DNA of 64,000 nucleotides, taken from Saccostrea cucullata. Its lineage: Eukaryota. Where the stretch lies: contig NW_026940030.1 of the NCBI RefSeq assembly GCF_032062105.1, positions 248,001-312,000 of the forward strand. Direction: 5' to 3'. This document shows, in pieces, positions 12,101 through 22,328 of this stretch. The translations under genes were made by a program, and so were the position numbers. Under the pieces are notes generated by a model that searched no databases, was not told the DNA's origin, and worked only from the letters and a program-made list of their open reading frames with translations. Position 1 is the stretch's first letter. Each line of letters starts with the position of its first letter.

Positions 12101-15100
12101 TATAAGTGAATGCCTTGAAATGTTCAACACTGAGTGGTATTTTATCCCAATTCCTGTTAAGAAATGTAATACATATATGTACTTACGTGACTCTGTACAG
12201 CATTCATATAGAGGTTTGCATTGTGAAATAGTAGAAATAATAGGGAAAAGGGAAGTGAAACATCTTATATTTGATATTAACAGTTTTAGAAGTTAGAAAT
12301 ATTTAAAAATATTCAAGTCATAAAACAAAATTGTAATTTTCAATCACCAGTGCTCGAGACTTTAGTCACTTTGAAAAAACTTTGATTGTGACAGATGTTG
12401 CTTTCCAATATCTTTTTGATAAAACTTACATCAGGTGGAAATTGCTTGTTTTAATAAGATCATAAGTAAAGAGTAGCAATTCAAGGTCAAAGGATGAGTT
12501 AGATGTTATCTTGACTGTGACTTCTGAATAATATATATAAGATAAAAACTTCACTTAATTAAATTGCCAGAGGTCAGGGTCTAAACTTCCTTCCAGATCA
12601 AGGTCACTGTAATGCAATAAAGTAGAAGATCAGAGCAGTATTCCCATGTTAGAACTTGGGCTTAATAATGGAAAATAATTGAAATATTGACTGGCCATTA
12701 TGCACATGATGCTGCAATCTTTTCTTTGAGGTGCATCTAAGGTATTGCTCTCTTCACATGTTCATCTGAAATTGACAATGTAAGTCTGTTCGAGGGCTGC
12801 TTTCCTTCTAACAGCAGTAATTAAAAAAAAGGATAGAAAATAGGGTTCAATGTAGAAAAAAAGTCATATTTTGGTTTCCTTCCAAATTTCACTTGCCCAC
12901 TTTGTTTTATGTATTTGTCAGACAAAGTCATAAACTGTCTATCAGAACACAATGATAGCTTAATTTTGTGTCAACAAACAACTAAGACAGTTTAAGTTTA
13001 AAATTATGTTGTATTATGCAATATCAAAAACATATTTACAAACATATCACATATCACATATATACACCTTAAACAAAGTACTTGGCGAAAGGGCAAACCC
13101 AGCTATGCAAGATACACTAAAGGTCCACTTGAGCAGAATGGTAAGGTGTGCTATTCTACCGAGTGGTGGTAAGCTGCATGTTCTGATGCGAGCTCAACAA
13201 CTCTGTTTGATGTTTGAAGTGTCAAACTGTACTGTGGTACCAGGAATTTGAGCTGAGAGAGGTCTGGTCATGTTGGTGGAGAGCCAGCTGGCATACTCTG
13301 TGACTCATTGAGTATGATGAGTTTGAGGCATCAAACTGTATACTTGGGAGCCTTGTAACATTAGGCTTTGCAAAGCAAATGACCTGACAGCTGAAACAGT
13401 AGGGAGTTTGTTTCCTGTGAATTTGGGGGGAAAATTTTTTTTTGCATGTTGAGGTACAACATGTTTATGCAAGCATTAAAAACTTCCAAAGAATGACTCA
13501 TTGCATTGTGTTATTTTAAAACAAATCATTCTGTCAGTGGTCGAACACCATCGAGGACACCAACTTGTCTGAGGAAAAATCAGCCTTACACAGACTTACA
13601 TGTAAGTGAAATGGTAATTAAAGTCCTAGGAAATAAAGTTGGTTAATTTCATCATCACCCTTAGGAACTCTAAGATTCAAATAACAAATCATGCATTGGA
13701 TCAAGATTTCTTAAATAAATTTCATCAATTATGGGTGCAGACTTCATTGCCCAAAACTGTTGACTGATGGATTTTGCATAGTATATATAAGGAATAAAGA
13801 AATCTATGTATTATATTTTAAATGTGCCTTCAATCCCTTTTAGATAATAATAAATGGCACTCTTCAAAGTTCATAATAAACATGATAAATAATGTATGTA
13901 TTGGACTAGCCATAAATTAATTTTAGCTCCATTTTAAATATGCTTGTAAATTTAATATCAATACAATACAATAAAGTATGTCAAACAAGCTATTCTGGTA
14001 TATGCATATTTATTGATAATGTTGAATGGAGCTACCTATAGATATAATAGGTATATTACCTAGTTCATATTCATGCTTGGAAGTGTAAGGAAGAGATTTG
14101 ATTACAATGTGCCCCAGGCAACTATTTGTCAGGCAGTTCATACATAGGGTCACTTGTTCTCTGCAAAGTCAACAAAATCTTGAAGGCAGCTTCTAAATAC
14201 GGCTATTTTCTTACATGCACATGGATTATTTTTATGTTTAAAAAAAGGGAAAAAAATCTGAATTGATTTGAAGTTTCCTTATTTTATGCACTTCACTCAT
14301 GTGTACAGTAATGGAATTCAAGTGCTTTTCGTGTGCCATATGGTCAAACACGTGGATATTCAGAATGTCAGTTAAGGCCTGTTGATTGTGAAATAAACTA
14401 GTTATCTTTTTCTTGAACTTTTTGCTTTTTGTTGATGGATTATCGATGGTATTAGGTCATGACAAGACATCGGCGATCTAAAAGCTCAGGTAGGACAACA
14501 ACACGTGTATGGCTGAGTGATGGCCTACTCGACCTTAAGACATAATGATCATTACCACGACACCTTGCTCCTACGACTTCGTTAGTGTCATGTCGACTAA
14601 TGGTTGGAAGGTCATTAATAGCGATGGCTTTTCAATTAATTTGATGTACTAGCTTTAACACAAGTTACAGTTAAGTTCAATGACATGTTATTTTGTTTAT
14701 AAATATCATTATGCAAAAATGTGGGAGAAGTAATGTAATTATGGTAATTTAAACTTCAAAACTTGAGTGCAAGAAAGTTGAAATTAAAACAGAGAGTTAT
14801 TGGAAAAAAGAGTGAAAACTAATTTTGTTAGAAAAACTCTGTATCCAACTATCCATCAATAAAAAGTTACACAATTAAACTACATCAAATATTTCAATTT
14901 AGCCTTTGTTATTGTTTCTTGCAGTAATAATTCATCAGAGACATTGTTTATCATAATTCTGTTTATTTTCAGGCTCAGACAGTAAGAACTGGCGTGATGA
15001 CATGAGACCACCGAGCCCCAGGGAGGGGCGAGGTTTCCGTGGATACGGATTTCGAGGGCGGGGCAGGGGTCGTGGAAGAGGCAGGGGTGGCAGAGGAAGA

Positions 15101-18100
15101 GGAATGGATCAGACCGTGGAGAACTTGACAGGTAATGACAGCACGGAGATTCCTAATAAAGTTTGTGATTGATGAGAATCTTGTAATGTTGTGACAAACC
15201 AGGAATATGTGGTCTTGTATCAGGTCAAACCTAGCATACAAAAATGTTCAATATTTAAAGTAGAAAAAAAGAGCTCTCAGTACATGAACTTCTTATTGCT
15301 TGTACATTTCATTTATTGCAAGCAATTTTTTAAAACAATAATATGAGAAAAGGCTAAAAATTCAGGTTTATATTGCACTTGCATAAAAGTTATCTACCAT
15401 TTTTCAGGTCAAGATTTTAAGTACACCTATGATGGAGAACAGTTTTATGCTGACCCAGCTTCAGTCAGCCCTACTGCCGGTGGCGTCTCCCCCTCCGGAT
15501 TTGGAACTGTGTATTTCAATAATCCTTACTCGGATGAAACTACACTGAAAGAATATGTCAGAAAACAAATGTAAGAGTATATTGTTTACATCAGATCTTA
15601 ATAATCTCACAAAAAAGGATATTTAATTATTGAAGTCTGAAAGAGTGGTGAAAACTGCTGTAGACAAAAAACCCCATAAATATGAATTTTCAAAATTGAA
15701 TGTTTTTACAGTGAGTACTACTTCAGTGAGGAGAACTTACAGCGGGACTTTTTCCTGCGGCGTAGGATGGATGCGGAAGGCTGGATTCCCATCAGTCTCA
15801 TCGCCAGTTTCCATCGAGTTCAGGCACTCACACAGGACGTCAACCTCATTATACAGGTAATGGTAGTCAGCTTATGGTGGTAGAATTTACATAAATGAAA
15901 GCATTTAATTTTGCTTATAAAAACTGTATCAGTGTTTGCAGAGAACCTGTGCAGATAAATTTAAGATTTTATGACACGTGATTATAAATTCTGTTATCTT
16001 TAAACATTATAGTTCTGCATTTTAACTGATATGTGGTAACCTTTCACAATTTGTTGAATCTTTTTTCAGGCTCTAAAAGACAGTGAAACTCTGGAGGTGT
16101 CTACTGACAATTTAAAAGTAAGAGGGAAAGAAGAGCCAGCTAAGTGGCCCTTACAGAGCCCTGCAGGACTGCCTTTCTCATCTAACCTACACGCTGATGT
16201 TCCCGAGTTTGTCCCCGGCAAGGCTTACACATTCCACCCTGATGACAGTGGTATTTCTCATGATGCTGGTGAGTAATAAAATGTTTGTACAGCAAGTTTG
16301 TATTGTACAATGTATCTATCTTTTGTTAAATTTATTGAGTGATGTTTTCACTTATATAACATTAAAATGGTTTAAATATATGAGTGTTTGTAGATTAGAT
16401 TTTGGTATTATTTCCGTCATGTTTCTGGATCAAATTGTACTAAATTATGTAGATGTATAGATTTAATTGATTTTGACATTGCTCAGTAAGGCATGTCCTA
16501 AGATTGTAACTAGATTTTGATGAGAATGGGTCATATTGTAAAAATTGAGGTTTTGTAAATTTTGACATAGCGTGGACATATTGTAGTACTGGAGACATAT
16601 ATTTTAATGATATTAGGTAATGTTTTATATGAGATTGTTTAATTTTGCCAAACAAAATTTACGTTGTGTCCTTGGTTGTTCAGAATTTGATAAAGATATA
16701 TTTTTTTCTCTCCAATTAGTTTTGAGGTTGTGTGAATAGGGTAGATGTACCTGTAAGTCGTTTCCTGAAATTGTGTAGATTTTCTCAAAACTTTTCTGTG
16801 AATTGTATAGATACTGACAATTGGCTTGATCCTGTTTTATAACCCAGTACATATATAAATTCTTGATTACAGAAGATATCCACGATGACTCGCACCATGG
16901 CAGTGGAATTGGAACCTTTTTGGATGACATGACAAACTTTGATCGTCGTGGACATGAAGTCTTGTCCTCCAGCGCGCCAGAGTTACACGGAGAATGGATG
17001 GAGGTCAAACGCAAAGTCAGAATGGCTAAAAAGAAAGAGGTAGAGATTGCCACAAATAGTTGCACACTTTTTGAGTAAAACATTCTGGACTATGTTAAGA
17101 AAGATAAATGTATGCTAAGTAATGTATGCTACTAACTGCAAAAAATTGAAAGATGTAAGAGCTATAAGTATCTCAACTAGTTTGATATCACAAAAACTGT
17201 TCTGATTTGTTTGAAGTTTTCTAAAGTGCACATTTGGTTGGTAAATTAAAACTTCATAGATGATCTACTTTTTGTCTGCATGAAAGTGGTAAGAAATTAA
17301 TACTGTATATTGTATGTGCAACATTACAGGAGAAAGAGAATGAAGCTGATGTATCTACAAAAGAAGATGAAAAAGAAGAGCTGGATTTTATGTTTGATGA
17401 AGAAATGGATGGGTTTGAGGTGGGACGCAGAAATCACTTTTCAGAATGGTAAGTGGATTGATTCTGCTCACATTTTGTATTTGTAAGAGTTTTCTCCCTT
17501 TATAAGCCTCTCCTGCCAAACTGTTTCATCATGTTGAAAGTCATTCAGAGAAACTTGAGGAAATTTCTTTTCCATATCTCAGTCAGTTAAGGTAGTGTGC
17601 ATAGGGATTTAACATGAGGTACAGGATTCACAGAGTTACCCTTAAATACAGGTATATGTAAGAAGAAAAAATTATAAATTATGGTAGTAAATCATATATA
17701 AAATGATTGTGCATGTTTATGAGTGATGTGTTTAATTTAAAATTCTGTAATTTCTTCTAAGGTCTGATGAGGAATCAGATTATGAAATCACAGACCAGGA
17801 TGTCAACAAGATTTTAATTGTGACCCAGACCCCACCTTCTCTCAAGAAGCACCCCCAGGGTGATCGCACGGGGGACCATATCAGTAGGGCCAAAATGACC
17901 GCCAACATGACCAAGGTCATCAACGATGGTCTATTCTATTATGAGCAGGATCTACATGAAGCTTTAGAGGTGGGTAGTTTGACGTTGACATGACTTTTGT
18001 TTTTTTTTCTTGATTATCAAATGAAAAAAGTGTGCCAATTCATAAGATATTTTATCTAGAAACAGAAAAGTTTTTCATAGTTTTGATTATTTCAGATGGA

Positions 18101-21100
18101 TTTTAGTCAATTCCGTACAGTCAGTGTTATTTCTCAGGAAGAATTTCAAAGTATTACCCCCAATGTCTCAACCCCCAACCAACAGGTGCCCCCGCCCCCT
18201 CCAGTCACACTACAGTCAGGTAAATCATAGGAATCCTGTTTGTTATTAGTTTGATATCATAAACAAGACAGAGATATCATCTAAAGTACTGTACATGTTT
18301 GAATGTAATGTGTAAAACCTAAAGTGATTTATCATTTGAATATAGATGAGCATTTAAAAGAAACAAATAGTTTAATATTTATCTTCTCAATTCTTGTTTT
18401 AGCTGCCAAAAAAGTACCAACACCACCTCTGAATGATGCCAATGGTACGATTCTCGCTCAGTCACTGCCAACAAACGTTCCTAACACTCCTGGAAGACGA
18501 GACACTGGTCCTCGTACACCCAAGAGTAGAGCGGATGATAAGACCCCCCGGTTCTACCCCGTCATGAAGGATTCTAGCCATCCTCCTGACCCCCAGGTAA
18601 CAACACTATTCATCTGTAAAATTTCTGGGCTACTTGAGATTTCTTTTAGATTTCTTCAAGCTTCTTTTACTATATTATATATTGAAAAATTGAAAGCACA
18701 GTAAATTCATTGGATCCATAAGGACAACATATAAGTTTCCCTCCTTTGGAAACAATGTACAATTTATACAGTAAAACTCGTTTAGCATGAACATGGATAT
18801 TGCAAATTCATGAATATAGTGAAGTTGTCTAGGATCCCCAGCTGTAAAAATTTAATGAATTTCTTATACAGATATAACAAATTACATATATAGCGAAGTA
18901 ATTTCATAGGTCCCAGTGACTTTGTTATAGCAGAGTTTTACTGTATCAACATCACTGTAATAGTCAGAAATAAATTTATGCTAATGATTAGAACTTAAGA
19001 TTAAGAGTGTAACATGAGTGTCAAGTTTTGAGGCAATCGTACCATGAAATATAGAGTTTAGTTTATTTAACTTTGACATATTTTTTTTAACCAGACCCCC
19101 AGAAAGAAGAAGACGAGACACAGCAGTAATCCCCCTATTGAGAGCCATGTAGGCTGGGTGATGGACTCAAAGGAGCATCGTCCATCTAGATCTCGTAATA
19201 ACTCAACGTCTCAGAGGTGAATATGCCAGAAATTTCTGCTCAAAAGCATAGTCAAATGTAAAAAGTGGCAAGATAAGCTTTTGATTGAAGGTTATTCATT
19301 ATTTTTTTGGACAAAGAAAATTTTAGGAAAACTGATGAAAAGTCAGAGGAGTACAATTTTCATTGAAATGATTCGGGTATTCATTAAAATGTTAGTTTGA
19401 ATTCTTTATCATACTATTTCCAGCCCTACTGATAGCCAGATGGCAACCGCTTTTGGCAGCTATGGTAGTACACCTCACACATTTGCTAACTTCCATCATC
19501 CTTCTCATGAGCTTCTGACGGATAATGGATTTGTTTGGCATGTGTACCACAAATATCATTCCAAATGTTTGAAAGGTATTTGTCTTTTGTATCTCTATCA
19601 AATGAAAAAAGTAGAATTGACAAGATCTTAAAATTTTCATTGTAAGTTTAAAGGGGCTGGGGGGTTGTGGCCATTTTCACACTATTTTGACCTCTGTTAG
19701 AAGAAGAGCTCCATATAAAGATACAAAAATGATCAAATTTCAAAACTAAAATGCATGAAATTTTTCTCTGTAAAATAATGGTTGACAGCTTAAGATGTCA
19801 TATCTAAAAAAATAAATTAAATCTGCTGGTTAATTTGTTGTCCCCCCAGCTCCTTAAATGAAAGATTGAAGATGATGTTAGTGTCTATTATGCTTTACTT
19901 TAGTTTACTTCACATTGTCTTTTGAGATACATATACTCTTAACATTTAATCTCTTGATTGAAATGTTTCAGATCGTAAAAGGTTGGGACCTGGGCTTTCA
20001 CCTGAGATGAACACAATGTTTCGTTTTTGGTCTTTCTTCCTTCGACAACATTTTAACAAGAAAATGTACTCGGAGTTTCACCAGTACGCTGTAGAGGATG
20101 CTGCTGCTGGCTACAGGTAAGGCTTCCTATTCTCTTCAATTATTAACATTAATTCGTATCTAAGTTTGTAGTAGATGAATATGCTGTAAAGGATGCACTT
20201 GCTGGTTAATCCGTCTCTGGTCATATGCAATGAGCTCTTAATCCAAGTTTGTAGTAGATCCAATTAACAACAAAAAGGAATTTGAATTGATTTTTTTTTA
20301 TGTGAGGAAATACATGTACTTGCATTTTAAGACAAATCGTACTATTTATTATGTAGAGAATACCTGTGCTAATAAAAATGAATAATTTTAATATTTTCCA
20401 AAGTTGAAAAGTATGAAGATGTAAATTGTTAGATAAATATGTTTTAAGGTGTTGCTTTGTACTTGTAGGTATGGCCTGGAGTGCCTATTTCGGTTCTACA
20501 GTTATGGTCTAGAGAAGAGATTCAGGCCAGACTTATATAAAGACTTCCAAGAGGAGACAATAAGAGACTATGAAAATGGTACGTTTAATGAGGAATGTTG
20601 AGCTTTATAATGGATAATTATCAAATGATATTGAGGGATATTTAGATTTTAACTTGAATTGATTAATCTCAATATTAATAAAAGGAATTCAATTTGCCAT
20701 GTTTACTTCTAAATTGTTTTGCATGAAATTCAGGAATCATACTTTGTAAAATGAATATTTTCAGGAATCATACTTTGTAAAATGAATACCAAAATACATG
20801 TATACAATAAATGATATCAAAACAAAATAACAAAAAACAAGAACTTTATTAGAACTAGTGTACAGCTGTTTTTTCTCTCAACATCTGTTATCAGCAGCAT
20901 TGTTATATTGTCCATTGCAAAAATAATGAATTGGCAGATGATTTGAAATGTAATACAATTGTAAATGAAAATGTTGAACATTTGTGGAAATCTTATACAA
21001 TTTGTTGTTTAAAATAAATGTACTTGTTTTCTCATTTTTGCAGAAAAACAAAATTAAAATTTGTGAATGCAAAATTTTTAGGTCAGCTGTATGGTCTAGA

Positions 21101-22328
21101 AAAATTCTGGGCTTTCCTGAAGTATTCTCGGAGACAGGTAGATGTGGATCCTAAGCTAAGACAGTGGTTATCCAAGTATAAACGCTTGGAGGACTTCAGA
21201 ATAGAGGTACAATATACTATATCAAGGAAACTCATCAACACAATGTGAACACTTCTTATATAGAATTTCAATTATGTGCCTTCTTTATTTCATGGGAATT
21301 TAAAAAAAAATGATAATCATTTAGTTTAGGAGAAAATGCACATATAGGAAATGTGGTTTTCATTATCTATGTTTTGCTTTTATATCACAAAGAATACCAA
21401 CAAGAATTTTCAAAATGTTTAACTGTGTTATGCTAAAAATCCTGTATTTTTTGCTATATAGATGTTTGCTGATCAGGAGGGCGGTCGCCAGAGACACCCT
21501 AGTACATCGAGCATTCGTGAGCGTCAGATGTCCGGCTCCCAGAGGGAACGACACGCTTCAGGATCGAAAAGTGCCAAAGCTAACATAAACATTAAACAGC
21601 AACAGCAAAAAGCAAAGGAGCATCGCCGAGAGAGGACAGTGTCCGATTCTCAGTCAATTCAGAAACCCAGATATGGTGGTGGTGCAGCCAGGAAAGACAA
21701 TAGATCGCAAACAACCCAACAGGACAAGAAGCCCAGGCCCGATAGCACTCAATCATCTAACCATGGGAAGCAATCACAGGGAAAACAGGAGAAAACCGAT
21801 TCTGTGAAAAAAGACGATAAAGCTGAGCATGCTAAACCAACACAAAACAAAGAGAAAAGTGATCAGCCCAAGCCAGCAGGCAAACCTGACCAGTCGAAAC
21901 CAGACAGTCAGACAAAGAAAGACCAGTCAAAACCAGACACTCATTCTAGGAGGGATCGCCCAAATTCTTCTGGAAATGTGAAACAGGAGACACGACCAAA
22001 ATCAGGTCAGGGGAGGACAGACAGAACTGCCAAATCATCCCCATCCCCAGTGCCCAAATCTGCCCCCAGCCAGTGTAACCAGAACTCCAAACCGGCATCA
22101 TCACAGAAACCACAGTCCAGTAGTAAAACCACTAAGTCAGCTGATGCTCAACCAACTTCTCAAGCCAAGACCTCAAAACCTGAATCCAAGTCATCACCAC
22201 AGCCTAAAAGTCCTCGATCAGGGGGCTCTAATCAAGCTCAGAACCAGGCGAAAGTCACACCCGCTGCTGCAAAAACTAGTGAGACAAACTCAAAAGACTC
22301 AAAAGCTGGTGAAAAGCAGGCCTCATGA
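2794..22328 (+). CDS. LARP1: La-related protein 1 (LARP1), full spliced gene, 20 coding exons, 1261 aa
   Basis: Exons 2794-3169, 10827-10900, 11109-11162, 11319-11493, 11833-11940, 14973-15131, 15408-15570, 15712-15856, 16070-16268, 16873-17039, 17330-17448, 17762-17969, 18096-18219, 18403-18596, 19095-19216, 19424-19575, 19972-20116, 20469-20578, 21082-21206, 21462-22328 join by GT-AG in phase (3786 nt). Diagnostic motifs: La motif ([29 protein letters not shown]), PAM2 ([13 protein letters not shown]), DM15 ([14 protein letters not shown]; [16 protein letters not shown]; [13 protein letters not shown]). Confidence 0.95.
3552..3762. mobile_element. TA-flanked MITE (Tc1/mariner/pogo-like)
   Basis: TACTGTAAAATCACATATTTTTGTGGGG...CCCCACAAAAAAATGTGATTTCATAGTA imperfect TIR. 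Confidence 0.8.
4080..4255. mobile_element. Small MITE with CAGTG termini (hAT-like)
   Basis: Perfect 13-bp TIR CAGTGTTTTCCCT/AGGGAAAACACTG; TAATCA duplicated on both sides; nested in an older degenerate repeat. Confidence 0.85.
4520..5571. mobile_element. Non-autonomous mariner-like element, right end clipped
   Basis: Left end TACGAGGGTTGATCCAAAAGTTCGTGGAATTTCTT; 28-bp perfect inverse AAGAAATTCCACGAACTTTTGGATCAAC at the right, lacking the terminal CCTCGTA; no transposase ORF. Confidence 0.85.
5574..5663. repeat. 90-bp perfect spacer-less palindrome
   Basis: Two 45-bp arms centred at 5618/5619 (GGTAAAAT|ATTTTACC). Confidence 0.95.
6581..6890 (+). mobile_element. tRNA-derived SINE with V-type central domain (BivaV-like)
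   Basis: A-box TGGTGCAGTGG; degenerate B-box; GGATGAGAC..AAACCAAGGTCCTGTGT V-domain-like core; GGGACGTTAAAC plus (CAAT)n tail; 11-bp TSD ACTAATTTAAA (6570-6580 and 6891-6901). Confidence 0.85.
6949..7392. mobile_element. PIF/Harbinger-like MITE
   Basis: GGCCTAAAAAAAATATGTTTGTTTCCTGTAAC...GTTACAGGAAACAAACTTATTTTTTTTTTAAGCC TIR; 3-bp TGA duplication. Confidence 0.8.
8375..9350 (+). mobile_element. Helentron/HINE-like non-autonomous element
   Basis: AACTAG start; 5' hairpin CTCGTTGC-AAA-GCAACGAG; GGTCTTCCGT near both ends; terminal hairpin AAGGTCTTCCGTT..AACAGAAGACCTT; internal CCGGAAGTGAC repeats. Confidence 0.7.
10827..10900 (+). CDS. LARP1: LARP1 coding exon 2
   Basis: ttttatag|AACCT...GAGAAG|gtaact; [25 protein letters not shown]; bridges phase 1 to 0. 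Confidence 0.8.
11109..11162 (+). CDS. LARP1: LARP1 coding exon 3
   Basis: [18 protein letters not shown] (resembles the LARP1 DxxNWP motif); cag| and |gtacgt. Confidence 0.85.
11319..11493 (+). CDS. LARP1: LARP1 coding exon 4
   Basis: VLVPKKT...SSKENKE...PKRKGRV; donor G|gtaagc. Confidence 0.8.
11833..11940 (+). CDS. LARP1: LARP1 coding exon 5
   Basis: [12 protein letters not shown] (conserved KxKWVPL motif); donor G|gtgagg. Confidence 0.9.
14973..15131 (+). CDS. LARP1: LARP1 coding exon 6 (RG/RGG repeats)
   Basis: SKNWRDD...[18 protein letters not shown]; canonical splice sites. Confidence 0.9.
15408..15570 (+). CDS. LARP1: LARP1 coding exon 7 (start of La motif)
   Basis: ...[23 protein letters not shown]; donor AT|gtaaga. 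Confidence 0.92.
15712..15856 (+). CDS. LARP1: LARP1 coding exon 8 (La motif core)
   Basis: [48 protein letters not shown]. Confidence 0.97.
16070..16268 (+). CDS. LARP1: LARP1 coding exon 9 (La motif end, PAM2)
   Basis: [10 protein letters not shown]...[13 protein letters not shown]...[14 protein letters not shown]. Confidence 0.95.
16873..17039 (+). CDS. LARP1: LARP1 coding exon 10
   Basis: EDIHDD...[18 protein letters not shown] (conserved SxSxPEL..W.EVK.K). Confidence 0.9.
17330..17448 (+). CDS. LARP1: LARP1 coding exon 11
   Basis: [17 protein letters not shown]...RRNHFSEW. Confidence 0.93.
17762..17969 (+). CDS. LARP1: LARP1 coding exon 12
   Basis: [25 protein letters not shown]...KHPQGDRTG...[13 protein letters not shown]. 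Confidence 0.95.
18096..18219 (+). CDS. LARP1: LARP1 coding exon 13
   Basis: [22 protein letters not shown]...QVPPPPP. Confidence 0.9.
18403..18596 (+). CDS. LARP1: LARP1 coding exon 14
   Basis: [13 protein letters not shown]...PRTP...[10 protein letters not shown]. Confidence 0.92.
18767..18945. mobile_element. pogo/Tigger-like MITE
   Basis: Perfect TACAGTAAAACTC...GAGTTTTACTGTA, including the TA duplication. Confidence 0.85.
19095..19216 (+). CDS. LARP1: LARP1 coding exon 15
   Basis: [37 protein letters not shown]. Confidence 0.95.
19424..19575 (+). CDS. LARP1: LARP1 coding exon 16 (DM15 start)
   Basis: [40 protein letters not shown]. Confidence 0.95.
19652..19853. mobile_element. TTAA-flanked MITE (Kolobok-like)
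   Basis: TTAA|AGGGGCTGGGGGG...CCCCCCAGCTCC|TTAA. Confidence 0.7.
19972..20116 (+). CDS. LARP1: LARP1 coding exon 17 (DM15)
   Basis: [49 protein letters not shown]. Confidence 0.97.
20469..20578 (+). CDS. LARP1: LARP1 coding exon 18 (DM15)
   Basis: [36 protein letters not shown]. Confidence 0.97.
21082..21206 (+). CDS. LARP1: LARP1 coding exon 19 (DM15 end)
   Basis: [42 protein letters not shown]. Confidence 0.97.
21462..22328 (+). CDS. LARP1: LARP1 terminal coding exon 20 (288-aa K/Q/S/P-rich tail)
   Basis: tatatag|ATG phase-0 acceptor; 867-nt open frame ending in TGA. Confidence 0.88.
   Translation: MFADQEGGRQRHPSTSSIRERQMSGSQRERHASGSKSAKANINIKQQQQKAKEHRRERTVSDSQSIQKPRYGGGAARKDNRSQTTQQDKKPRPDSTQSSNHGKQSQGKQEKTDSVKKDDKAEHAKPTQNKEKSDQPKPAGKPDQSKPDSQTKKDQSKPDTHSRRDRPNSSGNVKQETRPKSGQGRTDRTAKSSPSPVPKSAPSQCNQNSKPASSQKPQSSSKTTKSADAQPTSQAKTSKPESKSSPQPKSPRSGGSNQAQNQAKVTPAAAKTSETNSKDSKAGEKQAS

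Noticed and set aside
13314-13395. C/D-box snoRNA-like ATGATGA...CTGA
   Set aside because: No convincing terminal stem and no recognisable rRNA antisense element.
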